64,000 bases of DNA from an uncultured Gemmatimonadales bacterium (GCA_963798845.1 CAWCUS010000002.1:608001-672000); one strand, 5' to 3'. Positions 9,759-20,971 are shown, counted from the first letter of the stretch. Numbers and translations are program-made. The notes: generated by a model from the letters alone, not told the origin.

Positions 9759-12700
9759 CTAGCGGGGCTTGCCGGCGGGCGAGTCGCCCGGGACTCCGTC
9801 GATCGCGGCCCGGACGGTCGCGGCCAGCACCTCGGCGGTGAACGGCTTGGCGAGGAAGAAGGCGCCATCGACGAGCGAGGCCGGGTCGGCCGCCTCGTCG
9901 AACGTGTGGCCGCTCATGAGGATGACGCCGAGCTCGGGCCGGGCGGACCGGAGCCGTCGCGCCACCTCGGGGCCCCGGATCCCGGGCATCACCACGTCCG
10001 TCAGCAGCAGGTGGATCGGGCCCCCGTGGGCAGCCGAGGTGCGCTCGGCTTCCGGGCCATCACCGGCTTCGAGCACGGTGTAGCCCAGGCGCAGGAGCAC
10101 GCGACGGACCACGGCCCTCACGGCCGGCTCGTCCTCAACCACCAGCACCACCTCGTCGCCCCCGCCCTGCGGAACGCCGCCCCGTTCTGCGCTCGCCCCC
10201 GAGGCGACCGCGAGAGCCGGAGACGGAAGCGCGGGGAAGTGGAGCGTGAAGGTCGTCCCCCGGCCATCTTCGCTCCGGAACCCAATGTGGCCGCGGTTCT
10301 GCTGCACCATCCCGAATGCCGTGGCCAGGCCGAGGCCGCTCCCCTTGCCCGGCTCCTTGGTGGTGAAGAAAGGCTCGAACACGTGGCGCTGGACCTCCTC
10401 GGACATGCCGCTGCCTGTGTCCGCCACCGTGACCCGCACGGAGTCGCCCGCGCGCAGCTCGGCGCGGTCGCTCTCCGGATCGTCCTCGACGTCGACGCGC
10501 TCCACGGTGATCCGGAGGGCGCCGCCATCGGGCATGGCATCCCGGGCGTTGATCGCCAGGTTGATCAGCACCTGCTCGATCTGGCCCCGGTCCGCGTGGA
10601 TCGGGCACGGCTCCGCCGGCACGTCCACCTCCAGCACCACCTCGTCCCCCAGCAGCCTGTCCAGCATGCGGTGCAGCTCGCGCGCCACCTCGCCCAGTTC
10701 CACAACCGCCGGGTGCGTGCCTCCCTGGCTGCTGAAGTGGAGGAGCTGCCGGATCACGCCCGCGGCCCGGTCGGACGCGTTGACGATCTCCTCCATGTCC
10801 GCGCGCCGGGCGTCGTCGCTCGGGAGCCGGTCCAGGACGAGGTCCGCGTGCCCGCGGATCGCCGTGAGCACGTTGTTGAAATCGTGGGCCAGCCCGCCGG
10901 CGAGCCGGCCCACCGCATCCATCTTCTGCACCTGCTCGAACTTCCGCTGGAGCAGCCGGCTCTCGGTCACGTCCTCCTTCACGGCCACGTAGTGCGTGAT
11001 CTCACCGGACGAGGAAAGCACCGGCGAGATGGCGGCGACCTCCCAGAAGAGCTGGCCGTCCTTGCGCCGGTTCTGGATCTCGCCCCGCCATTCGCGGCCC
11101 GACGTGATGGTCTTCCACATGTCACGGTAGAAGGCGGCGCTTTGATGACCGGATTGGAGGAGCCGGGGATTACGCCCCAGCACCTCGTCCCGGGCGTAGC
11201 CGGTGACCGCAGAGAACTTCGGATTGACGTAGACGATGTCGCCGCTCGGGTCGGTCATGACGATGGACGCGGGGCTCTGGTCCACGGCGCGAGACAGGAG
11301 CCGCAGCCGCTCCTCGGCGCGGTGCCGCTCCAGCTCAGTCGCGGTCATGCGGCCCACCACACGCAACGTCTGCACGTCCTCGTCCAGCCACCGTCTCGGG
11401 GAGAGGCCATAGAGCGCGATGAAGCCGAGCGTACCGTCCTGACCGGTGAGCGGCATGGCCACCGCGCTCCGGATCCCCCTCGCCTCCAGCCGAACGCGCT
11501 CCACCGTGTCCGGCGGGAGCTGTGCGACGTCCTCGATCCGGATCTCGGATCCTTCCTCCAGCTCCGCCAGCTGCCACGGCCCCGGCTCCTCCGGCTCCGA
11601 GGTCGGGAGCTCCACGCCCGGAGCACACCACTCGTATCCGCGCTCGAGCCGCTTCGTGTCCCCCAGCAGCAGGTGGATGCTCGCGCAGTCGACGCCCAGC
11701 AGCCGCCCCACCTCGGCGACCACCCGGTCCGCCGCGTCCGCCTTGCCCGTCGCCAGGTGCGAGGAGATCCGCGCGAGCGCCGCTTCCACTTCCAGCCGGC
11801 GACGCAGCATCACGTCTGACGACTCCCGGTCGGTGACGTCCCGGGCCAGCCCCTGGAGGCCCCGGCTGTCCGGGCCCGTCTGGATCGGTCGCTCGACGAT
11901 CTCCAGCACGAGCCGGCGACCGGAGGCGTGGGAAACCGCCAGCCGGTACGCCGGCTGCCGCTCCCCCGTCGCGAGCGCGAGCGCGGTCAGGTCCGACGAG
12001 GGCTCGTATTCGTCCATGAGAAGAACGTGGTACGGGCGCCCCAGCAGAGTCTCCGGCTCGTAGCCGAGCACCCGGCTCACCGACGGCGAGAGGTAGGTGA
12101 AGCGGCCGGCGCTGTCGTGCTCGAAGAAGAAGACTTCCTCGCTGCCCTCGACCATCAGGCGGAACCGCTCCTCCGCCTCCCGCCGCTCCGTCATGTCGTG
12201 CACGCTCCCGAGGAGCCCCCCGACCGTGCCGTCCGGCCGCCGCCACACTTCCCCACGGGCGTGCACGTACCGGATGCTGCCGTCCGGGCGCACGATGCGG
12301 TGCTCCACCTGGTACGGCTCGCCATCCGCGAGCGCACCCTGCACCACCTCCGCTACCAGGGCGCGGTCATCCGGGTGGACGGCGTCGCGAAACGTGTCGA
12401 CGTCCACGCGCGTCCGGCGCGGGTCGAGACCGAAGATCCGATACAGCTCGTCGGACCACACGACCTCCCCCGTCCGCGCGTCGAGCTGCCAGTCGCCAGT
12501 GTGGGAGATCCGCTGAGCTTCGGCCCGACGCTGCTCGCTCGCCGCCAGCGCGCGATACGCACGCCGCGCCACCTCGAAGATCAGCACCGCCGACAGCACC
12601 ACGAAAACGATCCCCTTCGCCGTCTGGAGCGTCGCCGGATGGTAGCCCAGCATCCAGCCCCGCTCCACCACGCGGTCCGAAAGCAGGATCCACAGCGAAC

Positions 12701-12773
12701 CGAACAACGCGAACAGCCCCGCCACGCGGAGCGCCGATCGCTCGGCCGCACCGAGCGCCGCCCGGCTCCGCAT
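9759..12773 (-). CDS. Hybrid sensor histidine kinase (2 TM, PAS x3, GAF, HisKA, HATPase, REC)
   Basis: AHDFNN, NLAINARDAM, FEPFFTTK, GLGL, C-terminal VVEDE..TDVVMP receiver. Start uncertain (12773 or 12812). Confidence 0.88.
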   Translation of the reverse strand: MRSRAALGAAERSALRVAGLFALFGSLWILLSDRVVERGWMLGYHPATLQTAKGIVFVVLSAVLIFEVARRAYRALAASEQRRAEAQRISHTGDWQLDARTGEVVWSDELYRIFGLDPRRTRVDVDTFRDAVHPDDRALVAEVVQGALADGEPYQVEHRIVRPDGSIRYVHARGEVWRRPDGTVGGLLGSVHDMTERREAEERFRLMVEGSEEVFFFEHDSAGRFTYLSPSVSRVLGYEPETLLGRPYHVLLMDEYEPSSDLTALALATGERQPAYRLAVSHASGRRLVLEIVERPIQTGPDSRGLQGLARDVTDRESSDVMLRRRLEVEAALARISSHLATGKADAADRVVAEVGRLLGVDCASIHLLLGDTKRLERGYEWCAPGVELPTSEPEEPGPWQLAELEEGSEIRIEDVAQLPPDTVERVRLEARGIRSAVAMPLTGQDGTLGFIALYGLSPRRWLDEDVQTLRVVGRMTATELERHRAEERLRLLSRAVDQSPASIVMTDPSGDIVYVNPKFSAVTGYARDEVLGRNPRLLQSGHQSAAFYRDMWKTITSGREWRGEIQNRRKDGQLFWEVAAISPVLSSSGEITHYVAVKEDVTESRLLQRKFEQVQKMDAVGRLAGGLAHDFNNVLTAIRGHADLVLDRLPSDDARRADMEEIVNASDRAAGVIRQLLHFSSQGGTHPAVVELGEVARELHRMLDRLLGDEVVLEVDVPAEPCPIHADRGQIEQVLINLAINARDAMPDGGALRITVERVDVEDDPESDRAELRAGDSVRVTVADTGSGMSEEVQRHVFEPFFTTKEPGKGSGLGLATAFGMVQQNRGHIGFRSEDGRGTTFTLHFPALPSPALAVASGASAERGGVPQGGGDEVVLVVEDEPAVRAVVRRVLLRLGYTVLEAGDGPEAERTSAAHGGPIHLLLTDVVMPGIRGPEVARRLRSARPELGVILMSGHTFDEAADPASLVDGAFFLAKPFTAEVLAATVRAAIDGVPGDSPAGKPR

Positions 12774-12969
12774 GATGGAGGGAATTCGTCGTCCGGGACG
12801 CTGGTCGCGCATGCGCTCTCTATCGTTCGGAGTGGGCGGTCCGAAGCCGCGCCGGCGTGCGCCCGGGGAGCGGGTGGGGCCCGGCCGGCGAGCGGGCGAA
12901 ACATGAAAGATCAGAGCGAGAATGTCGCCAATCCAGTGCCGCGCGCCAATAGCGGTGGCGAATGTCTCC

Positions 12970-15318
12970 TCAACGCGAGAGGCGGGTGACGACTTCGTCC
13001 AGCGCTGACGCCACTCGCTCGGCATCGGCGGCGGTGAAGGGGAGGGGCGGCTTGATCTTGATGACGTTGGCGTCGGGGCCGTCGGTGCTGAGGAGGATCC
13101 CCCGGTCGCGCATGGCTTCGACCACGTCCGCGGCGAGGCGAGCGTCGGGCGTGCGCCGCTCGGGGTCGACCACGATCTCGACCCCGAGGAAGAGGCCACG
13201 GCCGCGCACGTCGCCGATGGCCGGGTGGTCGGCGGCCAGTCGGCGGAGGTCGGTGAGGAAGCGCTCGCCGACGTGGGCGGCGTGCTCCTGGAGCCCGTCG
13301 TCGTGAATGACGTCCAGGACGGCGAGCCCCACGGCGCAGCTCACGGGGTTTCCGCCGAACGTGTTGAAGTACTCCATGCCACGGTCGAAGGCCGCCGCGA
13401 TGGCCGCGGTGGTGACCACGGCGCCGAGCGGGTGCCCGTTTCCGATGGGCTTGCCGAGGGTGACGATGTCGGGGACGACGTCGTCGCCCTGGGTCTGGAA
13501 TCCCCAGAAGTGGCTTCCCACGCGTCCGAATCCGACCTGGACCTCGTCTGCCACACAGACGCCGCCGGCGGCGCGGACCGCGGCGTACGCGGCGGGGAGG
13601 AAGCCTGCCGGATACTCGATCTGACCGCCACAGCTGGCCAGCGATTCGGCGAAGAAGGCGGCGATCCCTCCGCTCGCCTCCGCGCGCTCGACCGCGGCAG
13701 CGACATCGGCGGCGTACGCGTCGCCGAGCCGGGGGTGTGGTGCGCGGTGGAGGCCGCGGTACGGGTCGGGCAGGGGGGCCACGTGGACCCACGGCGGTGC
13801 GCCCCCTCCGGCGGGGCCATCGAACTTGTAGGGACTCAGCTCGATGGCGGCGTTGGTGTTGCCGTGGTAGGCGGCGTCCAGGACCACTGCGTCGCGACGT
13901 CCGGTGAACGCGCGGGCGAGGCGGAGGGCGAGCTCGTTGGCCTCGCTGCCGGAATTCACGAAGAAGCAGACAGAGAGCGGGTCGGGCAGCGTCGCGGCGA
14001 GCTGCTCCGCGTAGCGCACGAGATTCTCGTGCAGGTAGCGGGTGTTGGTGTTGAGGACGGCGGCCTGGGTGGACAGTGCCTCGACGACGCGCGGATGCGA
14101 GTGGCCCACGTGGGCCACGTTGTTGACGCAGTCCAGGTATTCGGCGCCATCGGCGTCGTACAGGTGCTGCATCCATCCCCGCACAATGTGCAGAGGTCGG
14201 CGGTACGAGACGCTCAGCGACGGTCCGATGTGCCGCCGGCGTCGCTGGAGGATGTCCGGGGTGTCCGCGCTGTCCGCGCTCTCCATGATCCGCTCCGTCG
14301 CCAGCGCCGGGTGAATGACGTCCATGGCTTCGAGCAGCGACCAGGCGGCCGCTTCGCTCACCGAAAGATACGCGTCGTCGGGACGCTGCCCGTGCTGGAG
14401 CGCGGCGATGGTCACGGACATGGCCAGGCGCAGGCCCGCCAGCGCCCAGACCACCTCGAGCTCTGGCCGGGTCAGCGGGTTCGATGCCTGGTACCCGGCC
14501 ACCACGGCCGCCGCGGCCGCGACGGGGTCGGGCTGGCCCATCATGGCGTACGCGGCGCCAACCGCCGCCTCGGCCGGGAGCCAGGAGTACACCGCGTCGC
14601 CGAAGTCCAGCAGTCCGCTCACCCGGTCCGGCTCTGCTGACTCTTCGGGCCGATCGCTGGCCGTCACGAGCACGTTCCAGTCGTTCCCGTCTCCGTGGAG
14701 GAGGCCGATCCGGAGCCGCTCCAGCCTCGACGAAAGCGCTTCGCCCGCCGCCTCGACGCGGCGCAGCAGCAGGGCGCGACGGTCTGGCGGGAGGGCCGCG
14801 GCGTGCTCGGCGACCAGCGCCGGACCTCCGCGCACGTCCCAGTAGAAGTCGCGACGAAGGGCGGTGAGCTCGAGTCCGTCCAGGGCGCGATCCACCGTGC
14901 CGAGCAGCCGTCCCACTTCCCGCAGCAGCGACGGCGGGCGCCGGTCCAGCCGGGCCAGCGGGCGCCCGGGGATCCAGCGGACCACGCGGGCCAGGTGGCG
15001 GGCGTCGCCCGCTTCCAGCGTCTCGATCTCCAGCCCGGCGAGAGAAGGCACCACGAGCGGGAAGAGGAAGGGACGCGCTCGCTCCGCCAGCCGGTGGACC
15101 ATGGCGTTCTGGGCCTCGAGGAGCGCGCGGTCCTCGCCCAGGCGGGACACCTTCAGCACCCAGCGGGCGCCGTCCGGACGCGCCAGGACGAAGTTCCGGT
15201 CGCGCTCGCCGGGAAGCGTCGAGATCTCCCCCTCGAGCCCCCACAGCCGCCGGAGCGCGAGCGCCGCATCGGCGGGTCCGATCCGCGGGGTGCGCTCGCC
15301 CAGCGTCAGCGCGTCCAT
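12970..15318 (-). CDS. APH-like phosphotransferase fused to class-III PLP enzyme (hydroxylysine kinase / phospho-lyase type)
   Basis: N-terminal [20 protein letters not shown]-terminal [45 protein letters not shown]. Confidence 0.88.
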   Translation of the reverse strand: MDALTLGERTPRIGPADAALALRRLWGLEGEISTLPGERDRNFVLARPDGARWVLKVSRLGEDRALLEAQNAMVHRLAERARPFLFPLVVPSLAGLEIETLEAGDARHLARVVRWIPGRPLARLDRRPPSLLREVGRLLGTVDRALDGLELTALRRDFYWDVRGGPALVAEHAAALPPDRRALLLRRVEAAGEALSSRLERLRIGLLHGDGNDWNVLVTASDRPEESAEPDRVSGLLDFGDAVYSWLPAEAAVGAAYAMMGQPDPVAAAAAVVAGYQASNPLTRPELEVVWALAGLRLAMSVTIAALQHGQRPDDAYLSVSEAAAWSLLEAMDVIHPALATERIMESADSADTPDILQRRRRHIGPSLSVSYRRPLHIVRGWMQHLYDADGAEYLDCVNNVAHVGHSHPRVVEALSTQAAVLNTNTRYLHENLVRYAEQLAATLPDPLSVCFFVNSGSEANELALRLARAFTGRRDAVVLDAAYHGNTNAAIELSPYKFDGPAGGGAPPWVHVAPLPDPYRGLHRAPHPRLGDAYAADVAAAVERAEASGGIAAFFAESLASCGGQIEYPAGFLPAAYAAVRAAGGVCVADEVQVGFGRVGSHFWGFQTQGDDVVPDIVTLGKPIGNGHPLGAVVTTAAIAAAFDRGMEYFNTFGGNPVSCAVGLAVLDVIHDDGLQEHAAHVGERFLTDLRRLAADHPAIGDVRGRGLFLGVEIVVDPERRTPDARLAADVVEAMRDRGILLSTDGPDANVIKIKPPLPFTAADAERVASALDEVVTRLSR

Positions 15319-15386
15319 GTCGCTACCTGCCGCCGGCCGCGCTCAGCCGCCGCGTGCGCCCGGGGAGCGTCGGAGCGTGCACGTCG

Positions 15387-15839
15387 TCAGCGGCCGCCGC
15401 CCGCGGGGGTGGATTGGAACGCCTCCCGCTGCGTATCCAGGATTTGCTGGCGCCCGAGGAAGCCGGCATCGAGCTGGTGCCAGTGTCCGATCTCGGACTC
15501 GCCCAGCTTCCAGCAGAGGAGCACCGGTCGCCCCGAGTACAGGCTCAGCCAGTCCACGAGCCCCTCGCGGAACCCCTTGAACTGGCAGCCGACCCGGTGC
15601 AGCTCCTGCACGAGGTCGTCCAGGGACTCCGCGCGCGCCGCCACTTCCGCCTTGACCTGCTTCGCCCGCGCGCCATCGCGGGCTTCCGCGGGAAGCGCCT
15701 TCAGCCAGGTGAGCAGCGGCTCGACCTGGCGGTACTCCTCCACGATGTCCTCCACCACGCTGCGCACGTACGGCAGCGTGCGGTTCGCTTCCTCCAGGGA
15801 GAAGAAGCGGACGTCCGGAAATCCGTCGGGTATCTCCAC
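15387..15839 (-). CDS. DUF2203 family protein
   Basis: FSLEEANRTLP, GLVDW, LCWKLGE..I.HWH..D.GF.GRQ. GTG start after GGGAG. Confidence 0.8.
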   Translation of the reverse strand: MEIPDGFPDVRFFSLEEANRTLPYVRSVVEDIVEEYRQVEPLLTWLKALPAEARDGARAKQVKAEVAARAESLDDLVQELHRVGCQFKGFREGLVDWLSLYSGRPVLLCWKLGESEIGHWHQLDAGFLGRQQILDTQREAFQSTPAGGGR

Positions 15840-16007
15840 GGCGCTCCCGGCCAGGTGACTCGATGCCGACAACATACCATCGCGGCCAGCTTCGTGCCGT
15901 CGAAACGTCGGAGGGTCGGCCGCCGCTCGCGGCAGGCGGCAGGCGCCGCCCGCGGGCCGGCGCCCCCGCGGGCAGGCGCGGCGCGGGGGAGAGGTGGTCG
16001 TCCTGGC

Positions 16008-17132
16008 TCAGGGGTGATAGTTGGCGAGCGGCAGGAAGCGGAAGTGCTCCTTGTTGCGGGCGATGTTCACCAGGCCGAGCTGGAGACCGTGGAGTTCTTC
16101 CGTGATGTTGACGATCCCGATGGAGAGCCCGTGCTGCTCGCCGCGAATGTCGTTGTATGCGCTGACCACCGCGCCGTGGAGCTCGCCGCCTTCTACCAAC
16201 CGGAAGTATGCCGGGGCGAGCACGACGCCGTGGATGGACTCGCCGCCTGCGCCGATCCCGGAAATCACGAGCCCGTTGATCTCCGGCGCGCCCACGCCGA
16301 GGCCGGCCACGGCCAGACCCCGCAGCTCGCCTCCCGCGCCGAGTCCGAGTCCGGCCACGGCCACGCCCACGAGATCCTCGCCGGCACCGATCCCACCGGC
16401 CGAGAGGGCGATCCCGTGAATCGAGCCACCGCTGCCCACGCCCACACCACCGACCGCGAGTCCGGTCAGATCACCGCCCGCGCCGACGCCGACGCCGCCC
16501 AGCGCGATTCCGTTGAGGTCTCCGCCGCTTCCGGCGCCCACGCCGCCCGCGATGAGCCCGGTGGCCCCCTCGCCCGCGCCGACGCCCACGCCGCCGAGCG
16601 CGATGCCCCGGATCTCGCCGCCGCTCCCGGCACCGATGCCGCCCACCATGAGCCCGGTGATGTCCCCGCCTGCGCCCACACCGATGCCGCCGGCCAGGAT
16701 GCCCTTCATGTCTCCGCCGGTCCCCGCACCGACGCCGGCGAGGACGATTCCGCTGATCTCCTCGCCGGCGCCCATTCCGATCGGGGCCAGCGCAATGCCG
16801 TGGAAAGCGTCGAAGGCTGCGATGCCGGCGCCGAGGGCGAGCCCCTCGATGTCCTTCGCACCGGTCAGCGGGAGTCCCAGCGCGACGCCCTGAACGGAGC
16901 CGTCGACGTCCTCGTAGGGCGTCCAGATCGTGGCGTTGATGCCGCGCACGCGGTCGAGCCGATAGTCGTCGCGGAAGTTGATCCGGAGGCCGTCAATGCG
17001 GGGGACGGGCCCGATCCCGAGGCCCACGTCACCGATGGCGAGCTTGATTCCCTGGGCGGCCCCGGGGAGCGGCGCAAGGAGTAGAGGCAGCGCCAGGCAG
17101 ACGGGGCACAGGCGACGAATCGGGGATGGCAT
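16008..17132 (-). CDS. Secreted glycine-rich 16-aa repeat protein (LA_2272-like surface repeat)
   Basis: Signal peptide; about 12 repeats of G-x-x-x-G-G-x-G-x-G-x-G-G-x-x-x; C-terminal GLQLGLVN. Confidence 0.75.
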   Translation of the reverse strand: MPSPIRRLCPVCLALPLLLAPLPGAAQGIKLAIGDVGLGIGPVPRIDGLRINFRDDYRLDRVRGINATIWTPYEDVDGSVQGVALGLPLTGAKDIEGLALGAGIAAFDAFHGIALAPIGMGAGEEISGIVLAGVGAGTGGDMKGILAGGIGVGAGGDITGLMVGGIGAGSGGEIRGIALGGVGVGAGEGATGLIAGGVGAGSGGDLNGIALGGVGVGAGGDLTGLAVGGVGVGSGGSIHGIALSAGGIGAGEDLVGVAVAGLGLGAGGELRGLAVAGLGVGAPEINGLVISGIGAGGESIHGVVLAPAYFRLVEGGELHGAVVSAYNDIRGEQHGLSIGIVNITEELHGLQLGLVNIARNKEHFRFLPLANYHP

Positions 17133-17334
17133 GACGAGCTCCTGTCTTCTTCGGGTCGCACGGCGGCAACGGCGCCGTCCCCGTGCCGTACGATGCCGGC
17201 GGCGCTGCGGTTTCGGCGTACCCGGCGGCTGCTCCCCGGGGTGAAGCGTCGGGCCCTGCGCCGGCTGCTCCTAGGACGGCGTATTGCCCGGGCCGTGGCC
17301 CCGCCGTTGCAAGAAGGCGCGGCAGGAGCAGAGG

Positions 17335-17961
17335 ATGGACGGTTTCTACACGGAGCGGGAAGAGGTCTTCCACAGCGCGACTCACGGTGCGGGCGCGCTG
17401 ATCGCGGCAGCCGGGGCGGGCTACCTGATCGGCCGGGCGGTGACCACGGGGGACCGGTGGCGCCTGGTGGCGTTCGCCATCTACGGTGTGACGCTGGTGC
17501 TCCTCTACACGGCCTCGACGCTCTACCACGCCGTGCGGTCGCGCGGCCTGAAGGAGACGCTGCGGGTGGTGGACCATTCGGCGATCTACCTGCTGATCGC
17601 CGGGACGTACACGCCCTTCCTTCTGCTGCGGCTGAGGGAGCCGTGGGGGTGGAGCGTGCTGGTGGGGATGTGGGCGCTGGCGCTGGGCGGCGTCGCCTAC
17701 AAGCTGAACTTCCTGGACCGCTACCCGCGGGTCTCCACGGCCATGTACCTGGGTATGTCGTGGCTCGGCCTGGCGATGGGGCTCCCGCTCGTCCAACGGC
17801 TGGGCGCGGTGACCCTCGCCTGGCTGCTCGCGGGCGGCCTGATCTACACGGCGGGCACGCTCCTCTACCACCTGGACCGGGTGCCGTACGCCCACGTGGT
17901 CTGGCACCTGTTCGTGCTGGGCGGGAGCGTGTGCCACTTCGTGGCCATCGCGCGGCTGTGA
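17335..17961 (+). CDS. Hemolysin III / PAQR family membrane protein (TrhA-like), copy 1
   Basis: EEVFHSATHG, STLYH, DHSAIYLLIAGTYTPF, HVVWHLFVLGGSVCH. Confidence 0.9.
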   Translation: MDGFYTEREEVFHSATHGAGALIAAAGAGYLIGRAVTTGDRWRLVAFAIYGVTLVLLYTASTLYHAVRSRGLKETLRVVDHSAIYLLIAGTYTPFLLLRLREPWGWSVLVGMWALALGGVAYKLNFLDRYPRVSTAMYLGMSWLGLAMGLPLVQRLGAVTLAWLLAGGLIYTAGTLLYHLDRVPYAHVVWHLFVLGGSVCHFVAIARL

Positions 17962-18051
17962 GGCGAGGTCCCCGGGCCCGGGCACCTGTCCCGTGGGCCG
18001 GGCCGGGTTAGCTTTCTCGAGACGAGACATCCAGACAGCCGGGGGGCAGAC

Positions 18052-18345
18052 GTGAGGCGGCGCAGGATCTGGCGGGGAATGCTCGCGGCGGCCATGGCGG
18101 GCGTGGTCGAGGCGGCCGGGCTCGGCGCCGTGCGGCCGGACCGGCGTCGTCCGCTGCGGGCCGTCTGGGTGGATGATCGCGAGCCCGCGGACCCGCTGGC
18201 GGGGACCGGCGTGTGGTTCCTGGACCCGCTGGGCGACCCGCGACCCGCTCCATGCGACGTCCGTCGACCCGCTTCGTCGCCGCTCCGCCTCGCGCGGCTG
18301 GAGCCCCGACGCCTCCTCGCCGCGGCGGCCGCGCGCTGGAGCTGA
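18052..18345 (+). CDS. Possible hypothetical protein
   Basis: Fills an intergenic gap; GTG start; no recognisable motif. Confidence 0.3.
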   Translation: MRRRRIWRGMLAAAMAGVVEAAGLGAVRPDRRRPLRAVWVDDREPADPLAGTGVWFLDPLGDPRPAPCDVRRPASSPLRLARLEPRRLLAAAAARWS

Positions 18346-18409
18346 CGGCTCGCCGACCGGCCCGACCGGCGCCGCCAGCCGCCGCGACCCGCTGGGCCAC
18401 GGCGGAGCT

Positions 18410-20365
18410 TCAGCGCGCTGCTTCCTCCAATTGCTGCTCCACCTCTTCCCATGCCTCCATCAGCGCCTCCAGCTCGGCGCCCAGCGTTTCGCGCTCCTGC
18501 TCCAGGGAGCGGATCACTTCAACACGGTCGGCGCCGTAGAGCCCCGGGTCGGTGAACGCGCGCTGGATCTCGGTCAGGCGTGACTCGGCGGCGTCTATCT
18601 TGCCCGTCAGCTCGTCACGGCGCAGCGCCAGCTTGAAGGGGTTGAGCGGCGGCCGACGAGGCTCCGAGGTCGCCGGCCGGGACGGTTCCTCCGCGCCGTC
18701 GTTCGAGCGCGCCGCCTTCTCCTTCCGCTTGCCGGAGCGTGCCTTCTCCAGCACCGCATCGGCGTCCAGGTGGTCATCGCCGAGGGCGTGCACGTACTCC
18801 TCGTACGTGCCGCGGTAGTCGCGGATCCCGGCGGCGGAGATCTCGACGATGCGATTGGCGAGCTGGCCGACGAACCAGCGGTCGTGGGAGACCAGCATGA
18901 GGGTCCCGTCGAACGCCCGGAGCCCGTCCACCAGCGCTTCGATGGACTCCATGTCCAGGTGGTTCGTGGGCTCGTCGAGCACCAGGACGTTGGGGCGGTC
19001 CAGGGCGAGCCGGCAGAAGACCAGGCGCGCCGCCTCGCCGCCCGAAAGCGCGGACAGGCGCTTCTCCGCCTCGTCGCCCGAGAACAGCAGCATGCCCAGC
19101 GAGCCGCGCAAATAGGTGGTGGTGAGCCCGGGCGCGTGGTGCGCGATCCACTGCTCCGCCGTGATCGACTCCTGGCCCAGCTGTTCGTGGTGGTCCTGCG
19201 CGAAGTAGCCGGGCTGCGCCGCGTACCCCCATTCCACCTGACCCGCGTCGGCCTCCATCTCGCCCACCAGGATCTTCAGCAGCGTGGACTTGCCGATCCC
19301 GTTCGGGCCTATGATGGCCAGCCGGTCACCTCGCCGGACCTGGAGGTCGACGCCATGGAGCACCCGGTTCTCACCGAATGACTTTTCGATCCCCCTCGCC
19401 TCCAGAACATCCCGCCCGCTCGGACGCCGGGGGTGGAATCGGAAGGTCGGGTAGCGACGCGACGACGGCGGGAGCGGCTCGAGCTCCTCCGTCCTCTTCT
19501 CGATCAGCCGGATCTTGCTCTGAGCCTGCCTCGCCTTGCTCGCTTTGGCGCGGAATCGGTCGACGAACTGCTGGTGGTGAGCGATCTCCTTCTCGCGCGA
19601 TTCGATCTCCTTCTCGCGCCGCTCGCGCTCCTCCTGCTTCAGCTCCACGAAGTCGGTGTAGTTGCCCGGGTAGGGCGTGACCGTGCGGTAGTCGACGTCG
19701 AGGACGTGCGTGGCCACGTTGTCCAGGAAGCGGTGGTCGTGCGAGATCACCAGCACCGGGCCGGCGAAGTCCCGCAGGAACTTCTCCAGCCAGCGGATGG
19801 ACACGATGTCGAGGTGGTTCGTCGGCTCGTCCAGGAGCAGCGCGTCCGGCTTCCCGGACAGCGCCTGCGCGAGCAGGACGCGCAGCTTGAAGCCACCCGA
19901 GAGCGTGGAGAGCGGGCGACGATGGACCTCGGCCGGGATCCCGAGCCCCTCGAGGATCTCGGCCGCGCGGGCCTCGGCGGCGTAGCCGTCGTGCCGCTCG
20001 ATGGTCTCCTCGAGATGGCCGTACCGCTTCGCGTCGAAATGTTCGGCCGCCCTGGCCAGAAGCCGCTCCTTCTCCACCAGCGCTTGCCACAGCTCCGCGT
20101 TCCCGCGCATGGCCACGCCCAGGATCTCCTCGTCCTCGTAGAGGAACTGGTCCTGCCGGAGCACGCCCAGATCGGCGCGCGACGGGATGGCGACGGAGCC
20201 GGACGACGGCTCCTCGTCGCCCGAAAGGATGCGCAGCAGGGTGGTCTTCCCGGAGCCGTTGGCGCCGACCAGGCCGTACCGCTGGCCCGGGTTCAGCTGG
20301 AAGCTGGCCCGCTCGAACAGCGTCTGTGCGCCGAACGACTTCGACAGGTTGGAAACGGAAATCAT
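18410..20365 (-). CDS. ABC-F family ATPase (YbiT/YheS-like ribosome-associated)
   Basis: Two NBDs (GANGSGKT, LSGG, LDEPTNHLD; GPNGIGKST, LDEPTNHLD), no TM segments, C-terminal coiled coil. Confidence 0.92.
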   Translation of the reverse strand: MISVSNLSKSFGAQTLFERASFQLNPGQRYGLVGANGSGKTTLLRILSGDEEPSSGSVAIPSRADLGVLRQDQFLYEDEEILGVAMRGNAELWQALVEKERLLARAAEHFDAKRYGHLEETIERHDGYAAEARAAEILEGLGIPAEVHRRPLSTLSGGFKLRVLLAQALSGKPDALLLDEPTNHLDIVSIRWLEKFLRDFAGPVLVISHDHRFLDNVATHVLDVDYRTVTPYPGNYTDFVELKQEERERREKEIESREKEIAHHQQFVDRFRAKASKARQAQSKIRLIEKRTEELEPLPPSSRRYPTFRFHPRRPSGRDVLEARGIEKSFGENRVLHGVDLQVRRGDRLAIIGPNGIGKSTLLKILVGEMEADAGQVEWGYAAQPGYFAQDHHEQLGQESITAEQWIAHHAPGLTTTYLRGSLGMLLFSGDEAEKRLSALSGGEAARLVFCRLALDRPNVLVLDEPTNHLDMESIEALVDGLRAFDGTLMLVSHDRWFVGQLANRIVEISAAGIRDYRGTYEEYVHALGDDHLDADAVLEKARSGKRKEKAARSNDGAEEPSRPATSEPRRPPLNPFKLALRRDELTGKIDAAESRLTEIQRAFTDPGLYGADRVEVIRSLEQERETLGAELEALMEAWEEVEQQLEEAAR

Positions 20366-20493
20366 GGCGGCGGGAATCTAGCGGTGGAACCAGGGCGTGT
20401 GCAGGGAGGGGGGCGCAGGAATTGCCCCGGCCGGAGTGAAGGTGGCATCATGCGGGAGTGCGTTCCGACCAGCGATACATCCGGAGGGAAGTG

Positions 20494-20808
20494 ATGGCAG
20501 TGCTCGAATCGCCGACGCCGATGGTCGACCTCGTCGCCTACCAGGAGGGTTCGGTCGTGAGCCGGAAGTTGGTGGCGGAGAAGGGGGGAAACACGACGGC
20601 GTTCGCGTTCGCCGAAGGCGAGGAGCTGAGCGAGCACACGACACCGTTCGCCGCGCTGCTCCACGTCATCGACGGCGAGGCTAGGATCCGCATCGGCGAG
20701 GACTGGCACAGCGTGGCGGCGGGGGAGGGGATGATCCTCCCGGCCAACCGGCCGCATGCGGTGAAGGCGGAGCAGCGGTTCAAGATGCTGCTGACGATGG
20801 TGCGGTAG
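20494..20808 (+). CDS. Cupin domain protein
   Basis: YQEGSVVSR, FAFAEGEELSEHT, PANRPHAVKA. GGAGG RBS. Confidence 0.85.
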   Translation: MAVLESPTPMVDLVAYQEGSVVSRKLVAEKGGNTTAFAFAEGEELSEHTTPFAALLHVIDGEARIRIGEDWHSVAAGEGMILPANRPHAVKAEQRFKMLLTMVR

Positions 20809-20971
20809 GAGGGGCCATGGGTCGGAAGAGCAGGCGGAAGGGGAACGGGCGGGCACCGGCTGCGCCAAAGCCCGCGAGGCCGGTGGCGCCGCCCGGGCCG
20901 CCCCGGCGGACGCGGCCGGCGTCGCCCGCGCCGCCTCGTCGCGGCGCCTGAGCCCGTTGCCGCTTCCGGCT

